50,386 nucleotides of DNA. Origin: Gammaproteobacteria bacterium (GTDB taxonomy: Bacteria > Pseudomonadota > Gammaproteobacteria > SZUA-229). Position numbers and translations under genes: made by a program. The notes under the pieces were generated by a model, which was given only the letters and a program-made list of their open reading frames with translations, searched no databases and had not been told where the DNA came from. This document shows positions 12,180 through 21,351 of this stretch, piece after piece. Location of the stretch: positions 1 to 50,386 of the forward strand of contig JARFRD010000012.1 in assembly GCA_029287435.1 (NCBI GenBank), written 5' to 3'. Numbering within the stretch: the first letter of the stretch is position 1; each line of letters begins with the position of its first letter.

Positions 12180-12587
12180 TTATTTGACGACACGCAGCGT
12201 TGGACGCGGTTTATCCGGATCCGGCTCGAGATCCGGGTCTTCGCCACCACTCGCTGCACCGGGCGAAGCCTCAGCCTGATCATCTTCCGAGAACATCATG
12301 CCCTGGCCATTTTCACGCGCATATACTGCAAGTATGGCATTAACCGGCACCATGATCGCTTCAGCCTTACCACCGAAGCGCGCACTGAAAGTGACCTCTT
12401 CATCACCCAGCATCAGGCTCTGTACAGCCATCGGTGCAATATTAAGCACGATCTTGCCATCATTAATATGGCCCGCAGGCACCATGCAGCCTTCTGCTTC
12501 CGCATTAACGAGTAAGTGGGGGGTCATGCCGTTATCAACAATCCATTGATACATGGCACGCACAAGATAAGGTCGACTGGAAGTCAT
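12180..12587 (-). CDS. sspB: ClpXP protease specificity-enhancing factor SspB
   Basis: MTSSRPYLVRAMYQWIVDNGMTPHLLV start; C-terminal ClpX-binding LRVVK. Confidence 0.98.
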   Translation of the reverse strand: MTSSRPYLVRAMYQWIVDNGMTPHLLVNAEAEGCMVPAGHINDGKIVLNIAPMAVQSLMLGDEEVTFSARFGGKAEAIMVPVNAILAVYARENGQGMMFSEDDQAEASPGAASGGEDPDLEPDPDKPRPTLRVVK

Positions 12588-12679
12588 AGTGAATATTCTA
12601 GCCTAAGAAGCAGAATTACGCAGAGCTCTGCTTTTCGGCTAAATTTTCTGAGTGTTTTATCTGACCACACAATATCAAG

Positions 12680-12810
12680 AGAAGAATCCCAGTGTTTTCA
12701 GTCAAGGCGGAAATTATCGAGAAAGCGGAGCGTACACGCAGTTTGCCGCTTCACGGCCCCGCATTTTGAGATAATTTCCAACGCAGGATGAAAGCGCTGG
12801 GTTCTTTTCT
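12680..12810. repeat. About 130-bp imperfect palindromic element between sspA and sspB
   Basis: Nested inverted pairs: cccagtgttttca (12688-12700) with tgaaagcgctggg (12789-12801), and GGAAATTATC (12709-12718) with GATAATTTCC (12770-12779). Confidence 0.7.
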
Positions 12811-12811
12811 G

Positions 12812-13408
12812 CTAAAGGCGTAGTTCGCGTTCGCCTTCGGTCAGGCTTAATTGAAACCCTTCCCTTTCGAAAACACGGTCCGCATAAGTCAGCACAGACT
12901 TGGCCGCCTTGGGCAATTCGATACCGTAATGCGGCAAGCGCCACAGTACTGGTGCGATACTTGCATCGACGAGAGTAAACTCTTCGCTAAGAAAATATGG
13001 CAGCGCCGAGAACACATCGGCTGATGCAGCAATACTTTCCATGAGTTCCTTGCGTGCAGTAGCAGCTGCTTTTTCGCCTTTTGTCTCGATGATATCGACC
13101 AGTGGATACCAGTCATTTTCTACACGGAACAGAGCGAGCCTTGTTTGTGCTCTTGCTACAGGACCGACCGGCATTAACGGCGGATGCGGAAAACGCTCTT
13201 CCAGGTACTCCATGATGACACGTGAGTTATAAAGAACAAGATCACGGTCAACAAGTGTTGGCAGGCTGCTATACGGATTCAGATCAATGAGATCTTCAGG
13301 AAGTTTCTTCGGATCAACAATGATTGCTTCGTGAGCAATGTCCTTTTCGGCCAGAACGATCCTTGTTCTGTGGCAATAGATAGATGTAGCTGTTGAATAT
13401 AGATTCAT
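12812..13408 (-). CDS. sspA: Stringent starvation protein A (GST fold)
   Basis: HRTRIVLAEK, LNPY...PTLVDRDLVLY.S..IMEYL.ERFPHPPL; petC-sspA-sspB synteny. Confidence 0.96.
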   Translation of the reverse strand: MNLYSTATSIYCHRTRIVLAEKDIAHEAIIVDPKKLPEDLIDLNPYSSLPTLVDRDLVLYNSRVIMEYLEERFPHPPLMPVGPVARAQTRLALFRVENDWYPLVDIIETKGEKAAATARKELMESIAASADVFSALPYFLSEEFTLVDASIAPVLWRLPHYGIELPKAAKSVLTYADRVFEREGFQLSLTEGERELRL

Positions 13409-13463
13409 ATATACGCACTCACTGCGGTTGGTTACATTCAGTCTGTTACTAACTTACAGTGAA

Positions 13464-14234
13464 TTAATGAACGTCCTTCCAGTATTCTTTCTTAAGCAAA
13501 TATGCAAAGACAAAGAATATGGCAAGGAAGATAAGAACCTTGAAGCCCAGGCTACGGCGCTCATTCTGTACCGGCTCGGCCAGGTAAACCATGAAGTTGA
13601 CCAGGTCGGTTACAAACGCGTCATATTCTTCGGTTGTCATGCTGCCCGGCTGTGCAATCTCAAGGCCTTCAATCACCTCAACTTCGACACCCTGTCGAGT
13701 TTCAGTCTTGAAAATCGCCTTTTGTGTACCCTGCAGCGACTGCAGTACATGTGGCATACCAACATCCGGGAACACCAGGTTGTTCATTCCTGTCGGACGG
13801 TATGGATCTGCATAGAATGTACGCAGGTATGTATACAGCCAGTCAGCACCACGTGCACGCGCGACCAGTGTCAGGTCTGGCACTTCGATACCGAATGCCT
13901 GCTTTGCATATTCATCTGACATGGAAGCCTTCATCAGCTCACCAACCTTGGTTGGCTCACCCTTTTCATTGGTTGTATGAATCAGGTTTTCACGCAGTTC
14001 AGCTTCGCTCATGCCCGTGTCACGTGCGATACGATTGTAACGCATGTACTCGGCGCTGTGACAGCTGAAACAGTAATCAACAAAGTGCTTGGCACCGCGC
14101 TTGATTGACTCCGTATCTGAAATATCAATCGGAGCATGGTCAATTTTTGCACCACCACCCACTGCAAAAGCAAAGGCAGGCAAAAACGCTAGCACTAAAG
14201 TCAGGAAATGTTTTTTCATGATTTTATAATTCAT
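13464..14234 (-). CDS. petC: Cytochrome c1 of the bc1 complex
   Basis: Signal peptide, CFSCH heme motif, PDLTL, VGMPHVL (axial Met), C-terminal TM helix ending KKEYWKDVH. Alternative start at 14219. Confidence 0.97.
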   Translation of the reverse strand: MNYKIMKKHFLTLVLAFLPAFAFAVGGGAKIDHAPIDISDTESIKRGAKHFVDYCFSCHSAEYMRYNRIARDTGMSEAELRENLIHTTNEKGEPTKVGELMKASMSDEYAKQAFGIEVPDLTLVARARGADWLYTYLRTFYADPYRPTGMNNLVFPDVGMPHVLQSLQGTQKAIFKTETRQGVEVEVIEGLEIAQPGSMTTEEYDAFVTDLVNFMVYLAEPVQNERRSLGFKVLIFLAIFFVFAYLLKKEYWKDVH

Positions 14235-15442
14235 GTCGTAACCCTATCCGGAACCGGTTTCGTTTCTTCATTCTTGGAGGTGATAAACAGCACCACGAAG
14301 AAGCCGAAATACAGTAAAGAGAATACCTGTGACAGCAATGTGATCGTAGCGGTCACATGCTGCATCGCCAGCCAGCCAAGCACAACGAAGCTGACAATGA
14401 ACACAGCCAGGTTGATCTTGTAGATGTTTGAGCGATAACGGATTGATCTCACCTTGCAACGGTCAATCCAGGGCATAAAGAACAGCAATACAATCGCTGC
14501 ACCCATGGCACCTACACCCAGCAGCTTGTCAGGGACTGCGCGCAGGATTGCGTAGAACGGTGTGAAATACCACACCGGTGCAATATGCTCAGGTGTCTTC
14601 AATGGATCAGATGCGACGAAGTTAGCATGCTCGAGCAGGTAACCACCGCCATCCGGGAAGAAGAACATTACGGTTGCGAAGAAGAACAGGAACACAACCA
14701 CACCAACAATATCTTTTACGGTGTAGTAAGGATGGAAAGGAATGCCGTCCAGCGGAATACCGTTCTCATCCTTGTTCTTCTTGATGTCAACGCCATCCGG
14801 GTTATTCGAACCAACCTCGTGCAGCGCAAGAATGTGCGCAACCACCAGGAAGATAAGTACCAGCGGTAGTGCAATTACGTGCAATGAGAAGAAACGGTTA
14901 AGCGTTGCATCCGAGATCACGAAATCACCGCGAATCCACAGTGTCAGGTCATCGCCAATTACCGGAATCGCACCGAACAGTGAAATAATTACCTGTGCAC
15001 CCCAGTATGACATCTGGCCCCATGGCAGCAGGTAGCCCATGAAGGCTTCAGCCATCAGCGCCAGGTAAATGAACATACCAAACAGCCAGATCAGTTCACG
15101 TGGCTTCTTGTACGAACCGTACATCAGACCACGCAGCATGTGCAGGTAAACCACGACGAAGAACGCGGTAGCACCTGTTGAGTGGATATAACGGATCAAC
15201 CAGCCATAAGGCACGTCTCGCATGATGTACTCAACAGAAGCAAATGCCAGTTCAGCATCAGGCTTGTAGTGCATCACCAGGAAAATACCCGAGATGATCT
15301 GTATCACCAGCACCAGCAGTGCAAGTGAACCAAAGAAATACCAGAAATTGAAATTTTTCGGTGCGTAGTATTCAGCCAGATGCTCGTTCCACATTTTCAT
15401 CAGCGGGAAACGATCATCAATCCATCCGATTAACTTACCCAT
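14231..15442 (-). CDS. petB: Cytochrome b of the bc1 complex
   Basis: NFWYFFGS, YLLPWGQMSYWG, heme-ligand histidines and the PVWY variant of the Qo motif. Confidence 0.99.
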   Translation of the reverse strand: MGKLIGWIDDRFPLMKMWNEHLAEYYAPKNFNFWYFFGSLALLVLVIQIISGIFLVMHYKPDAELAFASVEYIMRDVPYGWLIRYIHSTGATAFFVVVYLHMLRGLMYGSYKKPRELIWLFGMFIYLALMAEAFMGYLLPWGQMSYWGAQVIISLFGAIPVIGDDLTLWIRGDFVISDATLNRFFSLHVIALPLVLIFLVVAHILALHEVGSNNPDGVDIKKNKDENGIPLDGIPFHPYYTVKDIVGVVVFLFFFATVMFFFPDGGGYLLEHANFVASDPLKTPEHIAPVWYFTPFYAILRAVPDKLLGVGAMGAAIVLLFFMPWIDRCKVRSIRYRSNIYKINLAVFIVSFVVLGWLAMQHVTATITLLSQVFSLLYFGFFVVLFITSKNEETKPVPDRVTT

Positions 15443-16038
15443 TATGCGGCACCTCCATCTTCACCTACCAGGATGGTTGTATCAGTCAGATAATAATGCG
15501 GAGGTACTACCAGGTTTGTTGGTGCAGGCACGCCAGTGTAAACACGGCCGGCCATGTCGAACCTTGAACTGTGGCAAGGACAGAAGAAACCACCGAGCCA
15601 GTCATCACCCAGGTCAGCAGGTGCAATGTCGGGACGATAAGTCGGTGAACAGCCCAGGTGAGTACAGATACCGATAAGTACCAGGATCTCCGGCTTACGA
15701 GAACGCTCTGCATTCTGTGCATACCCCGGCTGCTGGTCAGTATTCTCAGAAGCAGGGTCGCGCAGGTTTTCATCGAGCTTGGGCAGGTTATCCAGCGTCT
15801 GTTGTGAACGGCGTACTATCCACACAGGCTTGCTCTGCCATTCAACGATCATCATGCGACCTTCTTCCAGCTTGCTAATATCAGCTTCGACAGGAGCACC
15901 TGCGTTTTTGGCACGCTCACTCGGCATCCATGAAGCAACGAAAGGAACAGCAACAAAACCAGCACCAACAGCACCAACAACAGAGGTTGCGGCTGTCAGA
16001 AAGCGGCGTTTGCCCTGATCTACAACGTCAGTAGACAT
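15442..16038 (-). CDS. petA: Ubiquinol-cytochrome c reductase Rieske iron-sulfur subunit
   Basis: Tat-like KRRFL, CTHLGC box I, CPCHSS box [10 protein letters not shown]. Confidence 0.98.
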   Translation of the reverse strand: MSTDVVDQGKRRFLTAATSVVGAVGAGFVAVPFVASWMPSERAKNAGAPVEADISKLEEGRMMIVEWQSKPVWIVRRSQQTLDNLPKLDENLRDPASENTDQQPGYAQNAERSRKPEILVLIGICTHLGCSPTYRPDIAPADLGDDWLGGFFCPCHSSRFDMAGRVYTGVPAPTNLVVPPHYYLTDTTILVGEDGGAA

Positions 16039-16247
16039 TTATTGATCTCCGCGTAAATAAATTCGGGGACTGCAACCATGGAACAACGACTTCTAAAACC
16101 ATGCCCATGTGCTTACAATCAACGTTTGCCCGCTATAGAAAGTAGCGGACCAAAAAAAGCGCGCGTAGTTTATCCCAATATCAAACAATAACCAAATTTA
16201 TTATAATTTATTTAATTAATACATAGAGTTACGGTACTTTTACTGAT

Positions 16248-17378
16248 ATGCAAAATAAGGCAATTCAATTCATTCTTAAATGGGTAATGATTGGCATTAT
16301 CGTTGGTACCGCTATTCTGTATTACCAGGGGTACATTTCTTTTCATTTCAACGGCTCGAGTTCGCAATTAGCTTTAATTGGCAAAGGTCGCGACAGTTTC
16401 GCCGATGCTGTTAACATGACAGCGCCCGCAGTGGTCAGCCTGCAGGTCGAGAGTATTGTTGAGGTCCCGATACAGGACAGCGAACGCAAAGAGCTGGAAC
16501 AGATCTTTGGCAAACACCTGCCTAACCTGACCCAGGCAAAACCGCTCAGCAGTTCGGGCTCCGGTGTCATAATCAACACCGACGGTTATGTCATCACCAA
16601 CCACCATGTAATCGCAAAGGCCGAACGAATTTCCGTCATACTCAATGATGGTCGCTCTGCTGTGGCTGAAATGGTGGGCACTGATCCTGATACCGACATT
16701 GCCGTACTCAAGATTGCACTCGACAATTTGCCCGAAGTAAAAATTGCAGACATCAATACACTCAATATCGGAGATGTCGTACTCGCAATCGGCTATCCCT
16801 TCAGAATTGGTCAGACCGTTACCCAGGGCATCATCAGCGCGACCGGTCGATCTCAGGTCAGCCAGAACACATACGAAAACTTCCTGCAAACAGACGCGGC
16901 AATTAATCCCGGCAACTCGGGTGGTGCATTGATCAATACACGTGGTGAGATTATTGGTATCAACTCATTGATTTACACGGAATCAGGCAACTTTGCCGGC
17001 ATAGGTTTTGCCATACCGATAAACCTCGTCACCGATGTAATGCAACAAATCATTAAGAATGGCTATGTCATTCGCGGCTGGCTCGGTGTGGAAGGTCAGA
17101 GTGTTTCACCACAAATGCTGAGCAGTATTGGTATCGAAAATACCAAGGGAGTGCTGATTACCGGTGTTGATATCGGCGGACCCGGTCAGAAAGCCGGCCT
17201 GCTACCCGGTGATATCATCACCCATGTCAACAACAAGGAAATCGTTGGCACCACGGATATTCTGGATATGATTGCTGCGGGTAGACCCGGTGACCAGCTG
17301 CGCATCGATGGTCTGCGTCAACGCCAGAGCTTTACTGCTGTTGCTACCCTGGGACAACGACCACTCATGAGCCAATAA
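16248..17378 (+). CDS. degS: DegS/AlgW-like membrane-anchored serine protease with one PDZ domain
   Basis: N-terminal TM; triad motifs TNHHV, DIAVLKI and GNSGG; single C-terminal PDZ domain; position next to hisC. Confidence 0.85.
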   Translation: MQNKAIQFILKWVMIGIIVGTAILYYQGYISFHFNGSSSQLALIGKGRDSFADAVNMTAPAVVSLQVESIVEVPIQDSERKELEQIFGKHLPNLTQAKPLSSSGSGVIINTDGYVITNHHVIAKAERISVILNDGRSAVAEMVGTDPDTDIAVLKIALDNLPEVKIADINTLNIGDVVLAIGYPFRIGQTVTQGIISATGRSQVSQNTYENFLQTDAAINPGNSGGALINTRGEIIGINSLIYTESGNFAGIGFAIPINLVTDVMQQIIKNGYVIRGWLGVEGQSVSPQMLSSIGIENTKGVLITGVDIGGPGQKAGLLPGDIITHVNNKEIVGTTDILDMIAAGRPGDQLRIDGLRQRQSFTAVATLGQRPLMSQ

Positions 17379-17381
17379 AAA

Positions 17382-17442
17382 AGTCGTTCGTCATTGGTCT
17401 TTCGTCGTTCGCCAAAAGACGAATAACTAATGATTAGCGACT
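17382..17442. repeat. Heptamer-periodic imperfect palindrome (nGTCnTT x4 / AAnGACn-like x4)
   Basis: agtcgtt cgtcatt ggtcttt cgtcgtt (17382-17409), then aaagacg aataact aatgatt agcgact (17415-17442); between convergent degS and hisC, overlapping the hisC stop. Confidence 0.7.
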
Positions 17443-18513
17443 TAATGCTTTTGTAAGTGCTGACATAAAGGCCTGGTTTTCTTCAGACGTACCAATCGTC
17501 ACCCTGAGACAGTTGCTGAGCACACCACCGGCAGGGCTCATGTTTTTAATCAGCACACCGGCGTCACGCAGCCTGTTGAAGACGTCGGTAGCATCGCCCT
17601 GCTTGAGTTTAAACAGGATGAAATTAGCCTGACTCGGATAAACCTCGAGCTCATCAAATAATGACAGCTGTTTCAGCATGTGATCCCGGTCACTGCGAAT
17701 CATTTCTGCCTGACCCTCGAGGAAGCCGGCATTATCCAGGATAAAACTGGCCGTGTACTGGGTCAGCACATTGATGTTGTACGGCAATCGAATCTTGTTG
17801 ACCTCCTCGATCAGCTCCGGATTACCGCAAAGCAAACCCAGGCGCAAACCCGCCAGACCCATCTTCGATACCGTGCGCATTACCAGTAGTTGATCATACT
17901 CTGCCAGCTTCGGCATGAAGCTGGTTTGTGCAAATGGATGATAGGCCTCATCAACCACCACGAGCCCGGGGGCCAGCGCAATAATCTCTTCGACTGCTTC
18001 TGCATCAAACAGGTTTGCCGTTGGATTGTTTGGATAGGCAATGAAAATTAACGCTGGCTGGTGCTGCTCAATCGCTGCACGCGTGGCGTCCATATCGATG
18101 GAAAAGTCTGCTGCGAGTGGAATACCCACATAGTCGAGCCCGACAAAACGCGCGATCATGTCGTACATCACGAAACCGGGCTCAAACGACATAATCGAGC
18201 GCCCTTCCCCGGCAATCGCCATTGCCAGCATCTGGATCAGCTCATCGGAACCATTGCCAAGTACCAGTGATTGCCCCTCGGGCACCTGCATGACTTCGGC
18301 CAGTCTCTGCGTCAATTCACTCGCAGCCGGGTCCGGGTAGCGGTTGATGTCTGCAGTCGCCAGCCCTTGCTGCCATTGTTGCAAAAGTTCAGCCGGCAGA
18401 TGATAGGGGTTTTCCATCGCATCCAGCTTCACCATACCTGTAGCGTCGGCCACGTGGTAAGCCTTGAGCTCACGAATTTCCGGGCGAATCCATTTCAGTA
18501 TATTTTCGGACAT
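17434..18513 (-). CDS. hisC: Histidinol-phosphate aminotransferase
   Basis: VKLDAMENP, NRYPD, GNGSDELI, PNNPT, DEAY and RTVSK(PLP Lys)MGLAGLRLG. Confidence 0.98.
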   Translation of the reverse strand: MSENILKWIRPEIRELKAYHVADATGMVKLDAMENPYHLPAELLQQWQQGLATADINRYPDPAASELTQRLAEVMQVPEGQSLVLGNGSDELIQMLAMAIAGEGRSIMSFEPGFVMYDMIARFVGLDYVGIPLAADFSIDMDATRAAIEQHQPALIFIAYPNNPTANLFDAEAVEEIIALAPGLVVVDEAYHPFAQTSFMPKLAEYDQLLVMRTVSKMGLAGLRLGLLCGNPELIEEVNKIRLPYNINVLTQYTASFILDNAGFLEGQAEMIRSDRDHMLKQLSLFDELEVYPSQANFILFKLKQGDATDVFNRLRDAGVLIKNMSPAGGVLSNCLRVTIGTSEENQAFMSALTKALSR

Positions 18514-18530
18514 AAACCAGTTTTGACCTG

Positions 18531-18559
18531 CTTGAAAGCCTTTAAATCAGGCCCCACAT
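18531..18559 (+). promoter_or_regulatory. Putative distal sigma32 promoter of hsp20 (P1)
   Basis: CTTGAA (18531-18536)-N15-CCCCACAT. Confidence 0.55.
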
Positions 18560-18586
18560 AGTAGCAGAGACACCGTGGGGTGTTGA
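18558..18586 (-). promoter_or_regulatory. Putative sigma70 promoter of hisC
   Basis: Minus strand TCAACA-N17-TACTAT with TGn extended -10; the upstream operon is cut off by the bidirectional terminator at 19143. Confidence 0.45.
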
Positions 18587-18617
18587 ACTCCACTTTTGTC
18601 ACAGCTTTCAATGAAAC

Positions 18618-18645
18618 CTTGAAAATGAAGATAGCGTCCACACAT
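18618..18645 (+). promoter_or_regulatory. Putative proximal sigma32 promoter of hsp20 (P2)
   Basis: CTTGAA (18618-18623) followed 14 nt later by CCACACAT, about 37 nt before the ATG. Confidence 0.55.
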
Positions 18646-18681
18646 TCAGGACAAGAGACACAATTCTACAGGAGAGATACG

Positions 18682-19119
18682 ATGAGCTTAACTCGATACA
18701 ATCCGTGGAGCCTATTTGATCAGCTCCAGCGTGAACTTAATCAGCCGTTATCGAAGTTTGATACAGACGAGAACGGCAATATTGCGACTGCCAACTGGGC
18801 GCCTGCTGTCGACATCAAAGAAGACGACAAGGCATTTACCCTGATGGCTGATATTCCCGGTGTTAACCCGGATGACATTGAAGTCAGCATGGACAAAGGT
18901 GTACTCACCATCAAGGGTGAACGTAAATCTGAAAAGAAAACTGAGGAAGAGAACTACAAACGCGTAGAGCGTCAGTATGGTGTTTTCTACCGTCGCTTCA
19001 GCTTACCGGATACAGCAAATGCCGATGCGATCGAAGCACATTCAGAACATGGTGTGCTCAAGATTACAATTCCTAAACAGGAAGTTGCTCAGGCAAGACG
19101 CATTTCTGTGAAGAGCTGA
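18682..19119 (+). CDS. Hsp20/alpha-crystallin family small heat shock protein
   Basis: MSLTRYNPWSLF start after AGGAGA RBS; WAPAVDIKE, ERQYGVFYRRFSLP and GVLKITIPK motifs. Confidence 0.97.
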   Translation: MSLTRYNPWSLFDQLQRELNQPLSKFDTDENGNIATANWAPAVDIKEDDKAFTLMADIPGVNPDDIEVSMDKGVLTIKGERKSEKKTEEENYKRVERQYGVFYRRFSLPDTANADAIEAHSEHGVLKITIPKQEVAQARRISVKS

Positions 19120-19142
19120 TTCGGACGCAAGTCTGCAAAGAT

Positions 19143-19171
19143 AAAAAGCCCGCGATCGCGGGCTTTTTTTT
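19143..19171. terminator. Bidirectional intrinsic terminator between hsp20 and hisD
   Basis: Perfect palindrome AAAAAGCCCGCGATCGCGGGCTTTTT with A/T tracts on both sides. Confidence 0.9.
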
Positions 19172-19172
19172 G

Positions 19173-19379
19173 TTCACCGCAAAGGCGCAGAGAGCGTAAA
19201 GCTGTTTTATTGTCGGTTGTAAATTAACAACAACGAAGACCCTTCTACAGAGTGCCTTTAATTTTGTTTAAATGATAGCCAAATGTATCAAGCAGTCTTG
19301 ATCTGGAAGCTGACCACCCACTCTGGCAGCAATAAAGAAAAGAAAAAGAACTTTGCGCTCTCTGCGCCTTCGCGGTGAA
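19173..19379. mobile_element. 207-bp MITE-like element with 29-bp terminal inverted repeats
   Basis: ttcaccgcaaaggcgcagagagcgtaaag (19173-19201) versus the reverse complement of 19351-19379: 27/29 identical; non-coding interior of 149 bp. Confidence 0.7.
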
Positions 19380-19383
19380 AAAA

Positions 19384-20688
19384 TCAGTCTCTAATCCGGT
19401 ACTCTGCCGAGCGCGCATGCGCTACCAGGCCCTCACCTTCAGCAAGTACTGACGCACATTTACCCAGATCAGACGCCCCCTGTGCAGATGCACCAATCAG
19501 GCTCGAGCGTTTCTGGAAATCATACACACCTAGCGGTGATGAGAAACGCGCGGTGCCGGATGTTGGCAACACGTGGTTAGGTCCCGCGCAGTAATCGCCC
19601 AAAGCTTCAGCCGTATAGCGACCCATGAAAATTGCACCTGCATGACGAATCTGTTGTGCCCATTGATCGGCATCATCCATCGACAGCTCAAGATGTTCCG
19701 GTGCTATCAGGTTTGCAACACGAATAGCGTCATCCATATCAGTCGCACTGATTAACGCTGCACGATTTTCCAGTGATGTTTTTATAATGTCCGCCCGAGG
19801 CATTTCGGTTATCAGCTTATCGATACTGGCTTTTACCTGCACAAGAAAAGCGGCATCCGGGCTGACCAGAATTGATTGTGCATCCTCATCATGCTCAGCC
19901 TGAGAAAACAGGTCCATTGCAATCCAGTCAGGATCGGTCTTGCCATCACACACGACCAGAATTTCTGACGGGCCGGCAATCATGTCGATACCAACGACAC
20001 CGTAAACCATGCGTTTTGCGGTGGCGACATAAGCATTACCAGGACCGGTGATGATATCAACCCTGGGAATAGTATCCGTACCGTAGGCCAGCGCACCAAC
20101 AGCCTGCGCACCGCCAATGGTAAACACACGATCGACACCCGAGATTGCAGCTGCGGCCAGCACCAGGTCATTGCGTTCACCACCCGGTGTTGGCACGACC
20201 ATGATCAGCTCAGGCACACCGGCAACTTTCGCCGGTATCGCATTCATTAACACGGAAGACGGGTAGGCTGCTTTGCCACCCGGCACATACAGGCCTGCCC
20301 TGTCCATTGGTGTAACCTTTTGCCCCAGCACGGTGCCATCTTCTTCGGTGTAGGACCAGGACTCCATCTTCTGGTGTTCAGCGTAGGCACGCACCCGACT
20401 GGCGGCATGTTCGAGCGCTTCGCGGTGACTGCTGTCGATTGCATCAAGCGCACCCTGCAGATCATCCTTTGACAGTTCAAGTTCAGCCGCGGATGACACA
20501 TCAACACGGTCGAACTTCTGCGTATACTCAAGCAGCGCCGCATCACCACGCTTGCGTATATCGTCGAGAATTTCTGTAACGGTGATAACAACTGCATTAT
20601 CCGTAGACTGCTCCCAGGCAAGCAGCTGATCCAGTTGCTGCTGGAAATCAGTCTCACGGGTATCCAGTTGCGTGATGTTTATACTCAT
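19384..20688 (-). CDS. hisD: Histidinol dehydrogenase
   Basis: [36 protein letters not shown] and [13 protein letters not shown]. Confidence 0.99.
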   Translation of the reverse strand: MSINITQLDTRETDFQQQLDQLLAWEQSTDNAVVITVTEILDDIRKRGDAALLEYTQKFDRVDVSSAAELELSKDDLQGALDAIDSSHREALEHAASRVRAYAEHQKMESWSYTEEDGTVLGQKVTPMDRAGLYVPGGKAAYPSSVLMNAIPAKVAGVPELIMVVPTPGGERNDLVLAAAAISGVDRVFTIGGAQAVGALAYGTDTIPRVDIITGPGNAYVATAKRMVYGVVGIDMIAGPSEILVVCDGKTDPDWIAMDLFSQAEHDEDAQSILVSPDAAFLVQVKASIDKLITEMPRADIIKTSLENRAALISATDMDDAIRVANLIAPEHLELSMDDADQWAQQIRHAGAIFMGRYTAEALGDYCAGPNHVLPTSGTARFSSPLGVYDFQKRSSLIGASAQGASDLGKCASVLAEGEGLVAHARSAEYRIRD

Positions 20689-21305
20689 GCGACCGCCTTG
20701 CTCACCTGGTCAATCAAAGATTGAATGCGCTGGTGTTTCATTTTCATTGCCGCCTTGTTCACGATTAAACGCGAGCTGATATCCGCGATATGATCAATCG
20801 GCACCAGGCCGTTGGCCTTGAGCGTGTTACCGGTATCAACCACGTCAACGATCAGGTCTGCGAGTCCGACAATAGGGCCGAGCTCCATCGAACCGTAAAG
20901 CTTGATCACTTCGACCTGCTCACCGCGTGACTCAAAAAAGCGTTTCGCTACGTTAACGAATTTGGTCGCAATGCGTTTACGTCCGTTAATTGCCTTGGCA
21001 TCAGCCAGCCCAGCTGTCATCAGCTTGCACCTGGCGATCTTTAAATCGACCGGCTCATACAAACCTTCGCCGCCATGCTCCATCAATACATCTTTACCTG
21101 CGACGCCGACATCGGCTGCTCCGAACTGCACGTAGGTGGGTACATCAGTAGCACGAATAATGACAAGTTTTACATCGTCATGATTCGTATCGAGAATCAG
21201 TTTACGGCTGGTTTCGGGATCATCGACAGGCACAATGTCAGCGGCGGCCAATAATGGCAACGTTTCCTTGAAGATGCGTCCTTTTGATAAAGCTATTCTG
21301 ATCAT
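20685..21305 (-). CDS. hisG: ATP phosphoribosyltransferase, short form (HisZ-dependent)
   Basis: [26 protein letters not shown] and [14 protein letters not shown]; 206 aa without the C-terminal regulatory domain. Confidence 0.98.
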   Translation of the reverse strand: MIRIALSKGRIFKETLPLLAAADIVPVDDPETSRKLILDTNHDDVKLVIIRATDVPTYVQFGAADVGVAGKDVLMEHGGEGLYEPVDLKIARCKLMTAGLADAKAINGRKRIATKFVNVAKRFFESRGEQVEVIKLYGSMELGPIVGLADLIVDVVDTGNTLKANGLVPIDHIADISSRLIVNKAAMKMKHQRIQSLIDQVSKAVA

Positions 21306-21313
21306 GATAGCTG

Positions 21314-21348
21314 AATGAATAGTGAAGAATGAAAAATGAACAATGAAG
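21314..21348. repeat. Heptamer array A(A/G)TGAAn x5, one arm of the four-helix-bundle cassette
   Basis: aatgaat agtgaag aatgaaa aatgaac aatgaag. Confidence 0.85.
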
Positions 21349-21351
21349 TAA

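Noticed and set aside
14231-15442. PVWY instead of PEWY in cytochrome b
   Set aside because: Known normal variant in beta- and gammaproteobacteria.
18646-18681. ROSE-type RNA thermometer before hsp20
   Set aside because: No U(U/C)GCU motif pairing with the SD.
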